Of a stretch of 64,000 bases of DNA, positions 26,681 to 35,456 are shown piece by piece (position 1 is the stretch's first letter; each line of letters starts with the position of its first letter). The notes beneath the pieces were generated by a model. It made no database searches, was not told the DNA's origin, and saw only the letters and a program-made list of their open reading frames with translations. Origin of the DNA: a virus; the IMG/VR virus record IMGVR_UViG_3300044655_001643; one strand, 5' to 3'. Made by a program: the position numbers and the translations under genes.

Positions 26681-28372
26681 TTAGGCTGCACCAACAACTT
26701 CATTGAAACTTACGCCTGTACGAACGGCAACAAAGTTCAACTGAATGAAGTTGATAGAACGAGCAGGTTTGATGTAAATGTCACCAACAAATTCATTACG
26801 GTCGATAATTTCCGCTGTGTTATTTGTATCATCGCAGACAACACGGAAGTCTGTGATACCACGACGACCTTGAACATCACGCAGGAATGGTTCAACTAAT
26901 GCAACAAACTGGGCACGTGTGAACTGATCGTTATATTCAAATAGTGAGAAACGTGCTGCACGTGAAATTGCTTTTTCAAGAACGATGAACAGACGGCGTA
27001 CATTGATACGATCAAATGCACTTGGCTTGCTCAACAGTGTCTTGTCGCCAAACAGAACGGTACCTTCACCTGGGAACGAAACAACTGGGTTTACGCCAAC
27101 TTGATACAAGTCATCACGATTTGTTTTTGTTGGATTCCATGAAAGTTTGATTACGTTCTTGATTACACCACGATTCATACCACCAGGTGAGAACCATGGA
27201 TCACGTTCGTTATCGGTACGTACACATAGACCAGCAATGTCACCGTTTAGTGGTACCCAACGATAAACATCCGAGTATTTGTCGTACTGATATTTGTAAC
27301 CAGAATCGAGAACTGCATATGAAGATGATGTCAATCCATTACGGAATGCTTTGACATCAGTTACTTCATTTCCTGCATTGTCAACAACGTCTGCTTTTTC
27401 TGGTGAAATAAATGCAACGCAATCTTTACGTGTTTCTGCAATATTGCTGATAACGTATGTAGCGATTGTGCTGTTACCTTGACCGGTAACAAGCAGTGAT
27501 ATATCAACAGATTCAGCATTTCTAAAGTTATCCCAACCACTTACAACGTTTGCAGTGCTAACTGTACCAACAACACCGCCAGAAAGTGAGTTTGAAGAGT
27601 TACTTGAAAGTAGTTTGAATGCGCTAACGTTAGCAGTCGAGCCCCATGCTGTACCTGTTCCTAGGTTCGTTGGATGTGACAACCACCAGATGTATTGTGA
27701 ACGATTCTGAATAACATCTTTATAGTAGTTTGAATTACCGCTGTCATCTTTAGCATCAGATGCTTTCGATACAAACGAATATTTTTCCAGAACTGTGCCT
27801 GCGGCGCCTGTCCACAATCCATCTTCGTCAACAACAACAATATGAACTTCATCGTTTGCACCGCCACGACTTGCAACATATGATGATGTGTTAGGAACTG
27901 CGCTGAATTGTGAAGCATATGCCCAAACATTGTATGTGTTTGCATCTGCCATTGAAACGAGAATGCTGTTACCTAAAGAACCAGCGTAACGTGCGCCCCA
28001 TCCACCAGTGTTACCGTATGAACCTGCTGCATAGCCTGTGTGATTATCTACATAATCATCGTCGTTTTTGATAAGTACGCCTGTGCCATTTGCTGTAGCA
28101 TTCAAGGCACCAAGGCCTTGGGCACGAACAATCTTTAGATTATTGCCATATGCTAGAAAGTTCGCTGCCGAGAACCAATATTCATAATTATCGCTATCTG
28201 GTTTGCCGAATGAATTTACCAAACGAACTTCATCCGAAATAGTTGTTACTGCACCGATTGGTCCCCAATTAAAAGGTCCTACAAAAGCGCCAGTAGAAGT
28301 GGCAACTGAAGGAATAACTGTAGTCAGATCAATCTCTGATACATTCACTCCAGGTGATAATTGAAATGCCAT
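26681..28372 (-). CDS. gp18: Tail sheath protein
   Basis: SPGVNVSEIDLT, WFSPGG.NRG, FDRINVRRLF, IKPARSINFIQLNF. Confidence 0.97.
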   Translation of the reverse strand: MAFQLSPGVNVSEIDLTTVIPSVATSTGAFVGPFNWGPIGAVTTISDEVRLVNSFGKPDSDNYEYWFSAANFLAYGNNLKIVRAQGLGALNATANGTGVLIKNDDDYVDNHTGYAAGSYGNTGGWGARYAGSLGNSILVSMADANTYNVWAYASQFSAVPNTSSYVASRGGANDEVHIVVVDEDGLWTGAAGTVLEKYSFVSKASDAKDDSGNSNYYKDVIQNRSQYIWWLSHPTNLGTGTAWGSTANVSAFKLLSSNSSNSLSGGVVGTVSTANVVSGWDNFRNAESVDISLLVTGQGNSTIATYVISNIAETRKDCVAFISPEKADVVDNAGNEVTDVKAFRNGLTSSSYAVLDSGYKYQYDKYSDVYRWVPLNGDIAGLCVRTDNERDPWFSPGGMNRGVIKNVIKLSWNPTKTNRDDLYQVGVNPVVSFPGEGTVLFGDKTLLSKPSAFDRINVRRLFIVLEKAISRAARFSLFEYNDQFTRAQFVALVEPFLRDVQGRRGITDFRVVCDDTNNTAEIIDRNEFVGDIYIKPARSINFIQLNFVAVRTGVSFNEVVGAA

Positions 28373-28416
28373 TGGATTTCTCCTTTTATTGTTGGGTCAA
28401 TATTCTTTTTATAGTC

Positions 28417-28424
28417 TATTTAGT
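28417..28424 (-). promoter_or_regulatory. Late promoter variant ACTAAATA upstream of gp18
   Basis: TAAATA core. Similar nnTAAATA sites precede other late genes at 26678, 35448, 41295, 48344, 48784, 53570 and 53803. Confidence 0.6.
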
Positions 28425-28427
28425 TTT

Positions 28428-30059
28428 TTACAACCTTGATGATAAATAACCCGTTGGTGCTTCCCAGACATCTCCATCTTCGGCCATGGCTTCTTGTGTA
28501 ACACCATCGTCGATAAAGCCAAAAGGCACCATACTTTCATCTACGAGCATATTCTGCTCTTCCAACATAATCTTACGAATATCAATTCTAGTCTCATCTT
28601 TGAAGAATGCTTGGGCTGTCAACCACGCATAAAGTACCAAACCCATTACAATATCGTCGTTATTACCCTCTTCGGCAGCAAATGTGTCTTTTGTTCTGAC
28701 AAAAGTGTTTAGTTCAGCAATGGTGTCAAAGTCATTGATAATTAGTTTGTCATTCTCAATTAGAGTCTTGAGGTTAGCACAACCAATTTTCTTGACTGAT
28801 TTAGTTGTTTTTACACCAAAAGCCACTGAGCGTTTGAAGCCAGAAGAAATGCTCTGACCTTTGATGTGATGATGCTCCAGTTTGTAAATATGCTCATACT
28901 CTAAGTCGTAATGAAGAATATCAACAACTTGCTGGCCAATATTATTTGTTTCAATCAGTACGTAGGCTTCATTATATCTACGGGCTAATGAGTAAACAAT
29001 TGTTGGGAAGAATAGCAGCGGCAACTTATTATTACGATATCTTGCCACTTGTTTATAGGGCGCTTCGGTGGCATCAAGAATATTGATTGTTGAATAGTCT
29101 AGATTGACACCTTCAGCGCAGTCTACCGTAGCAATGTATATTCTACCTGGTCGAGCATCTTCATAAATGAATAGGTTACCATCATCTTCAATACGTGCTG
29201 GATCACGGAATGCCATTGAACGTAGTTTTGCACCAGAGATGAGCGTAGCCGCAGAACCAATAAACTCAGTCTCAAATTCTTGTCGAAACTGTTCTTCAGA
29301 AGTGTTTCGTATTGTTTCTTCTTTCCACTTCTCATCACGGCCTGGTACCATTGACCAGTGAACTTCAAGTGTTTTATATAACGAACGGCCCTCTAAAGCA
29401 TCCATCCACATCTTGTAGAATAGATTTAGACCGTTCGGCGTAGAAACAATAATTACTTTTGATGTTTTACCAGATGAGATAACGGGATAAGTAGAAGTAA
29501 AAAATTCTACTGCCAGATTATGTGGTACGAACGCAAATTCATCAAGAAAGATTAGATTATATGTACCACCTCGAACACCCGCCGCTGATGTGGCATAAGC
29601 ATAAATTTTTGAACCGTTCTCTAATTCAATCGAGCGTTTGTTCCAGTTGATAATACCTTGTTGTAACCAAACTGGAAGATACTCATATGCTTTTTGAATC
29701 TTCGCAAGAATGTCTTGAGCTAATTGAAGTTTGTTAGCAAGAATACCAATAACATAATCTTCATTGAACAAAGCAGACCATAACATATAACCGACAGTAG
29801 TTGTTGTCTTACCAACTTGTCGAGGCATCTTAGCAATGCAGAAACGATTCTCATGAAACGTTCTGACCATATCTTTTTGAAAGTCCCACATATCAAATGG
29901 AACAAGACCACGGTCAACGTTGACAATCTTTACATAGTTTGCTATAAAGTATACTGGATCTTCAGCACACTTTACATACTCTTTGACTTCTTCTTCTGTA
30001 AGGGATAATTCAACACCGACTTTTTTGAGCCTAGCATTACCAAGGTATCCAACTTCCAT
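28428..30059 (-). CDS. gp17: Terminase large subunit
   Basis: PRQVGKTT, IFLDEFAF, IVSTPNG, FRQEF, nuclease DD motif (NNDDIVM). Confidence 0.97.
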   Translation of the reverse strand: MEVGYLGNARLKKVGVELSLTEEEVKEYVKCAEDPVYFIANYVKIVNVDRGLVPFDMWDFQKDMVRTFHENRFCIAKMPRQVGKTTTTVGYMLWSALFNEDYVIGILANKLQLAQDILAKIQKAYEYLPVWLQQGIINWNKRSIELENGSKIYAYATSAAGVRGGTYNLIFLDEFAFVPHNLAVEFFTSTYPVISSGKTSKVIIVSTPNGLNLFYKMWMDALEGRSLYKTLEVHWSMVPGRDEKWKEETIRNTSEEQFRQEFETEFIGSAATLISGAKLRSMAFRDPARIEDDGNLFIYEDARPGRIYIATVDCAEGVNLDYSTINILDATEAPYKQVARYRNNKLPLLFFPTIVYSLARRYNEAYVLIETNNIGQQVVDILHYDLEYEHIYKLEHHHIKGQSISSGFKRSVAFGVKTTKSVKKIGCANLKTLIENDKLIINDFDTIAELNTFVRTKDTFAAEEGNNDDIVMGLVLYAWLTAQAFFKDETRIDIRKIMLEEQNMLVDESMVPFGFIDDGVTQEAMAEDGDVWEAPTGYLSSRL

Positions 30060-30062
30060 GTT

Positions 30063-30497
30063 TTATCGAGTAAAACTCTTTAGCATCCAACCATGTTTTT
30101 GATGAGCGTCAAGAATGTCTTGAAGAAAATTACCTACTGCTGGTTCATCAGCAGCATCAGCAAGAGCAATGCCTGTACGAAGTTCGAGAATGTACTTGTT
30201 GTTATCATTTACAAGTTCACTCATCATAACCAATGGTGATGGTATTGCTACCAAGTCATTTACTTTAGAAAGTTCCATCATTCGTGCTAATGTGGTAGGT
30301 GCATATGAACCTAAAGCACGAATATGTTCTGCAATAGAATCTGTCTGGTCAAACACAGATTCATAAAAGTCACCTAAGAAGCCGTGATATTGTGCAAAAT
30401 CTGGACCTTCTACATTCCAGTGAAATGTATGTGCCTTGAAATACAAACCGAAGTTTGTGCCAAGGATAATTTTCATTTGTTCGATTAGTTGTTCCAT
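30063..30497 (-). CDS. dps: Dps-family ferritin-like DNA protection protein
   Basis: KAHTFHWNVEG, FAQYH, D.IAEHIRALG, HQKHGWML ferroxidase-centre motifs. Confidence 0.9.
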   Translation of the reverse strand: MEQLIEQMKIILGTNFGLYFKAHTFHWNVEGPDFAQYHGFLGDFYESVFDQTDSIAEHIRALGSYAPTTLARMMELSKVNDLVAIPSPLVMMSELVNDNNKYILELRTGIALADAADEPAVGNFLQDILDAHQKHGWMLKSFTR

Positions 30498-30501
30498 AGT
30501 C

Positions 30502-30903
30502 TTATTTGTTAGATTTGATCATTTTTAGAAGTTCAGTGGTGGAGCCAACAAAGACTGCTTTATCTATGTTGACTCCCTTTGCGACTTCAGATTGGGGTGC
30601 AAGCTCTCTTTTTGTTTTCTGAAGTTGAAGCAAATCTTTGTTCATCTCGGTTAGATTTTTCATCATATTAGCCAAGACTTCGTATGCTCTCGGTGATTCT
30701 GATTGATTGGCAACATAAGCCAGATCATTCAATGCTTTGTTGCCCGTATCAATGAGTGTTTTGATATTTTCACGGGCATAATTTGAATCTGTTTCAACAA
30801 TGTCTGATGTTTCTACAACAACGGGCATAGTCTGAACTGGCGGTATTTCTTCTACCGGTTCAATGTCAAAGATTTCAGACAAATTTTTGTTTAGCTTTTT
30901 CAT
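30502..30903 (-). CDS. gp16: Terminase small subunit
   Basis: DSNYARENI, SESPRAYEVL, VFVGSTTELLK. Confidence 0.92.
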   Translation of the reverse strand: MKKLNKNLSEIFDIEPVEEIPPVQTMPVVVETSDIVETDSNYARENIKTLIDTGNKALNDLAYVANQSESPRAYEVLANMMKNLTEMNKDLLQLQKTKRELAPQSEVAKGVNIDKAVFVGSTTELLKMIKSNK

Positions 30904-31901
30904 GATAACGTATCAGGCCATTCTACGATTGTTTCAATATAACCGTAACTAGTATTCGGTAATGCTGTAGTCGGTGTAGGCTCAGTAATTACAGCAGCAG
31001 CATTGATTGAATTGATATCCAATGTTGCGACATTATACTTTGCACCAGAATAATCACCTGTCAATGTGTAACCAGATTCAATGTATTTATTACCACCAGT
31101 AATGACAAGTGTGCCAAGTGATGTGTTACTAAAGAACTCTACTGTACCAACAAATCCATTTGCGGTATCACGCAGAGTTTCGCCTGTTGTGAATACATTA
31201 TTGCCATTGGCAAAGTCAACATAGACCTTTTGAATTTCTTTTGACGTAAGGTCAATGTTGATGTTTGTATTTGCAGTATTGATGATTTTACCAGACTTGA
31301 CTGGTGGCCAGATGAAGCTCTTGGCAGTAAATGTCAAATCCCAAACGATCAATCTTGTTGTGCCATCTGACATGCCACCTTCATACTCAACGGTAGATGC
31401 AACAGAATTGAGTATAATAGGCACGTTGTATTTCTGATTCATTGCTGGAATAAAATCCACAACAACATTGAAATCTGGTGTGAAGAATGGTAAAATCTGT
31501 TCGAGTATCTGTGTACCATCTTCTGTATTACGAACATAGATTGATAAACTAAATTCAAAGTTATACGGCACAGGTAAAAACTGTGTGCTTACGCCAGTGT
31601 TTGTGGCAGCAGCAAAATTTTGTAACGTTGAGACTTGTTTACGACTTAGATCATATTCCAGACTGTCAAGATTGAATGACATTCGTGGAACAACTGTGTT
31701 GATTGATTTGATAAGATTAGGATCAGAAGTTATCTGAGTTAGATAACGTTCTTTTGGTCCATAAGATAATGGTACTTTTTGTTTTTCTTTTGGAACACCC
31801 GCTTGTGTGTAACGAACAATCTCCAAATCATTGAACATTGTGCCAAATACAACCACCATCTTGCGGATGGTGCGGTGATAAAATTGTGCATTACCTAACA
31901 T
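30900..31901 (-). CDS. gp15: Tail sheath stabiliser / completion protein
   Basis: FYHRTIRK.VVVFG.MFN, KVPLSYGPK, PRMSF, QILEQILPFF.P. Confidence 0.93.
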   Translation of the reverse strand: MLGNAQFYHRTIRKMVVVFGTMFNDLEIVRYTQAGVPKEKQKVPLSYGPKERYLTQITSDPNLIKSINTVVPRMSFNLDSLEYDLSRKQVSTLQNFAAATNTGVSTQFLPVPYNFEFSLSIYVRNTEDGTQILEQILPFFTPDFNVVVDFIPAMNQKYNVPIILNSVASTVEYEGGMSDGTTRLIVWDLTFTAKSFIWPPVKSGKIINTANTNINIDLTSKEIQKVYVDFANGNNVFTTGETLRDTANGFVGTVEFFSNTSLGTLVITGGNKYIESGYTLTGDYSGAKYNVATLDINSINAAAVITEPTPTTALPNTSYGYIETIVEWPDTLS

Positions 31902-32803
31902 TATGGTTCACCAAATGGATTGATTTCAGTGAAGTCAATAATGCCATCACTTGCTGCTTCGATACGAGCATTGTCAAAGATATCTTCAAATGCATTATTT
32001 GTTGTTGCTGCATCGGATGCAAGTGTCACTGTCCACTGTGCGCTGCTTGTATTGCCTTTCACATTGGCAGAAGTTGTGAAATCACCTTGTATACGATAAA
32101 CATCAATGTATGCGTTTGGTTGGAAATCATATACTAGTGCTTGTGTTGTAGCGTTAGCCAAAGATGAACCTTGATACACAATCTCATCATTGAGAAATTT
32201 GCCTGAACCAGAACCTAATGAAATACGAGTCTTTGGATAATAATTACGAATGTTATTGTCTATATCGGCAATACCAGTCTCGATGATTTCATTTGAGAAT
32301 ACATATTGTTTCATTTTTATTGCATATACATAAACATTACCGCCACGACCACGACCCAATGTATAAAACATTGCTTGATCATTTTCGCTTTCAACACTAG
32401 TAATCTCAAAGAAACTTGTTGTCATTGGTATATAAATCAAGTCACCTTCACGTGGTCTTGTATAACCATTGACTGTATATCTAAATCTAAGGCGTGACAC
32501 TAACATAGTAATTTCGTCACGAATTTCTAAACCAAACTTAGATATAAAGTCTTGATCTCCATCAAAGCCTGTAACATTTTCAAGGTACATTTCAATGGCA
32601 TGTGCGGTAAGATATTGTTTTAGTCCATCTTCACCATACAGAAAATCTACTTCATCACGTGTTGTGCGTGGAAGATAATAAAGATCCAAGCCATAGATTT
32701 TGAGTGCTTCTATGACCAAATCTTCAACAAGCAGTTGCTCCGGCGTAATAGGAGCATCAGCAAGTCTGCTTGGAAAATTATTGAAGTAGAAATTGGTACT
32801 CAT
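31901..32803 (-). CDS. gp14: Neck protein
   Basis: EQLLVEDLVIE..KIYG, YLPR, SKFGLEIRD, RPREGDLIY, DFTEINPFG. Confidence 0.93.
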   Translation of the reverse strand: MSTNFYFNNFPSRLADAPITPEQLLVEDLVIEALKIYGLDLYYLPRTTRDEVDFLYGEDGLKQYLTAHAIEMYLENVTGFDGDQDFISKFGLEIRDEITMLVSRLRFRYTVNGYTRPREGDLIYIPMTTSFFEITSVESENDQAMFYTLGRGRGGNVYVYAIKMKQYVFSNEIIETGIADIDNNIRNYYPKTRISLGSGSGKFLNDEIVYQGSSLANATTQALVYDFQPNAYIDVYRIQGDFTTSANVKGNTSSAQWTVTLASDAATTNNAFEDIFDNARIEAASDGIIDFTEINPFGEP

Positions 32804-33756
32804 TATCCAGTAAATATCTCAGAAGGTAATGAACCCATTTGATAAATCTGTTCTTCCATTTCTTTTATTTCTTCAGACGCTTCATCATAAATCTTCTGAC
32901 CATTTAGCGTTACACCACCAGGCATTTGAATGCCCTCAAACTTTTTGAGATTGTTTCCCCATTGTTGTTTGATTTTTGCTGTGGCTAGTTGTTTCAGGAA
33001 ACGATCATTCCACACATCCGTTGTGCCTTCAATCTGAATTGCAGAGTTGTTATGCGTCAGTGTTGGTGGACCAATCAATGTCAAACTTGTTGGCGATTCA
33101 ATATTACCAACTTGTTTTGATTCTGTGCCAATTGTAATAAAATCGTACGGTACAATTTCTTGATCAAATTTTGTACCATAACCTGTGATTGTGTTTGATG
33201 ATGGACTGCCCGTAACTGTGCCAGTCAATGTCACCGTTTCTGGTTGTAGAACTCGATAACACTCAACAATAACCCAATCACCAGGCTGAACATCACGTGT
33301 CCAATCGATGTCAAGTAATATTCTATTTTGACGGCGATTGAAACGGAACTGTGGTGTACCAGAGAACAGTAGATTCAATGTACGTAAGTGCTGCATTGTG
33401 ATTTCATATGACACATACGATACCGATGTGAAGTCATACAAATCATGCAAACGTAACTGATAGCGCAAATCAAACATGTTGATTGACGCATTAGACTGAT
33501 CAAACGGAAAAATACCAGTTACAAACTGCACTGCATCAGGACAATGAATCCATTGGCGATCAATGTCTGCTTGTGTAATCTGATGCTTCATGAAAAGTTT
33601 TTCGGTGCCATCGTAGTGATAGTCACGCCAAAAAGCAAGCGCATCATCAATACGATCATCTACTTGATCATCATCTACGTTGATTTCAATTACTGGCCAC
33701 CCTAGACGGCGTAGGCAGTAATCTTTGAATTGTTGTCTTGTTGAGATTGTTGCCAT
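32803..33756 (-). CDS. gp13: Neck protein
   Basis: YCLRRLGWPVIEINVDDDQV.DRI, KQQWG.NL.KF.G...PGGVTLNG. Confidence 0.94.
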   Translation of the reverse strand: MATISTRQQFKDYCLRRLGWPVIEINVDDDQVDDRIDDALAFWRDYHYDGTEKLFMKHQITQADIDRQWIHCPDAVQFVTGIFPFDQSNASINMFDLRYQLRLHDLYDFTSVSYVSYEITMQHLRTLNLLFSGTPQFRFNRRQNRILLDIDWTRDVQPGDWVIVECYRVLQPETVTLTGTVTGSPSSNTITGYGTKFDQEIVPYDFITIGTESKQVGNIESPTSLTLIGPPTLTHNNSAIQIEGTTDVWNDRFLKQLATAKIKQQWGNNLKKFEGIQMPGGVTLNGQKIYDEASEEIKEMEEQIYQMGSLPSEIFTG

Positions 33757-33758
33757 TT

Positions 33759-34538
33759 TTATCCTAAACCGAAAATCGAATTTCCAGTAATTACTGTATA
33801 AGAGTTTGCTGCCGTTTTGAACACAGAATAACTGAACAAGTTTATTTCTTGATTCGTAATAGAAGCACTGCCTGGTCTTGTATTTCCAACATAGTATAAC
33901 GTTTGAAGAGCGCCATCAATATATAGATTTGCCGCATGTCTTGTTGAACCATGTTTCAGCGCAATCGCAACTGTCATTGCTTGACCAATTGTTGTGATTG
34001 AATCAAAAGTATTTTGTGTGTTCGCACGAAAATTAAAAGTCACATTTGCCGTGGTATTTGCATTGAAATAATACAGAGTGTTATTAGCAACGTCTATATT
34101 GACATTACCTCCAATGCCAAGAGTGTTTACATTTGCTTGTTCTAAAACTCTGGAAAGAGAGATGTTTAGATTTGATGCTAATAAGTTCGACGAAACTGAT
34201 GAAACTGCAATCAAGTTGCCCGTGATTTGACCAGCAACAATGTTGTTACCCCTAATGCTATCTGGTGCCATATCATCACCAGTAATAGTTTGATTCGCAA
34301 GTAAATTGCCAGTAATTGTTCCCGCAACAATATTATTACCTCGAATAGCACCTACTGTAATGTTGTTTCCACTAATAGCGGAAGTTGCAAGTAGATTGCC
34401 AGTAATTTGGCCAGCAACAATGTTGTTACCACGAATAGCATCTACTGTAATGTTGTTTCCGCTAATTGCAGAAGTTGCAATCAAATTACCAGTAATATTT
34501 GCTGTACTGATTAGAGGTGAACGAACTCTTTGAATCAT
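33759..34538 (-). CDS. Fibre/appendage protein with 10-aa GN repeats and C-terminal beta domain
   Basis: Repeats such as AIRGNNIVAG/TITGNLLATS; C-terminal domain paralogous to 34871..35425. Confidence 0.65.
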   Translation of the reverse strand: MIQRVRSPLISTANITGNLIATSAISGNNITVDAIRGNNIVAGQITGNLLATSAISGNNITVGAIRGNNIVAGTITGNLLANQTITGDDMAPDSIRGNNIVAGQITGNLIAVSSVSSNLLASNLNISLSRVLEQANVNTLGIGGNVNIDVANNTLYYFNANTTANVTFNFRANTQNTFDSITTIGQAMTVAIALKHGSTRHAANLYIDGALQTLYYVGNTRPGSASITNQEINLFSYSVFKTAANSYTVITGNSIFGLG

Positions 34539-34862
34539 TTACATGCCTCCAAATAAAAATACATCATCAAATATGTCTGGAGGAGATACGATGTTATTTC
34601 CAGAAACAGCATTATTTGCAATAAGATCACCCGAAATAGCACCAGTTGCAATCAAATTGCCAGTAATCGTGCCAGCGACAATATTGTTACCACGAATACT
34701 GTTTGGTGCCATGTCGTCACCAGTAACAGTTTGATTTGCAAGTAAATTGCCAGTAATCGTGCCAGCGACAATATTGTTACCACGAATAGCGTTAGTCGCA
34801 ATCTTGTTTCCAATGACTGCACCATTTGCTATACGACCCGATTCGACTTTTTGTTCTGACAT
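34539..34862 (-). CDS. Short GN-repeat fibre linker ending PPDIFDDVFLFGGM
   Basis: Almost entirely 10-aa repeats; C-terminus nearly identical to that of 52547..53215. Confidence 0.65.
   Translation of the reverse strand: MSEQKVESGRIANGAVIGNKIATNAIRGNNIVAGTITGNLLANQTVTGDDMAPNSIRGNNIVAGTITGNLIATGAISGDLIANNAVSGNNIVSPPDIFDDVFLFGGM
34654..34788. repeat. Exact 45-bp direct repeat, 90-bp period
   Basis: aaattgccagtaatcgtgccagcgacaatattgttaccacgaata at 34654 and 34744. Confidence 0.85.
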
Positions 34863-34870
34863 TTGCTACC

Positions 34871-35425
34871 TTATGGATTTTGATTTAACGCTCTTTGAAA
34901 ACTAGAGTTTGCTGCTAAAATTGTATATGTATTTGCCGCTGTTTTCATAACTGTAAATGAATAAGCATCAACTGATTCTTGTTGTGATGTTGCAAATCCT
35001 GGTGCTGAATTACCTAACCAAAACGGCGCTTGCAATACACCATCAACATAAACATTCGCACGATATCTTATTGCTCCCTGCTTCAGTAAAATGCCAGTAG
35101 TAACCGACTGACCCACTGACAACTGAGAGTCTAATGTATTTTGTGTATTCGCTCTCAAATTGAAAGTTACATTTGCTGTTGTGTTCGATGAAAAGAAATA
35201 AAGAGTATTATTTTGTAAATCTATGTTTACATTTCCACCAACAGCCGTTGAATACACGTTTGCAGTTTCAAATATTTGCGTCAAAGATATTTGTAAATTT
35301 GCAGCAAAAGTATTTGACGATAACGAACGAGCAACAATGTTGTTACTGCGAACGGAGTTATCTGCAAGTTTTAGACCTGTAATTGCAGTGTTTGCTATTC
35401 TATTTGAACCTACTCTTTGTGTCAT
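34871..35425 (-). CDS. Fibre/appendage protein, paralog of 33759..34538
   Basis: Shared GGNVNID..NNTLY....NTTANVTFN.RANTQNT domain. Confidence 0.65.
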   Translation of the reverse strand: MTQRVGSNRIANTAITGLKLADNSVRSNNIVARSLSSNTFAANLQISLTQIFETANVYSTAVGGNVNIDLQNNTLYFFSSNTTANVTFNLRANTQNTLDSQLSVGQSVTTGILLKQGAIRYRANVYVDGVLQAPFWLGNSAPGFATSQQESVDAYSFTVMKTAANTYTILAANSSFQRALNQNP

Positions 35426-35456
35426 TTTTTATTCCGTATTTTGTTAGTATTTAGAA

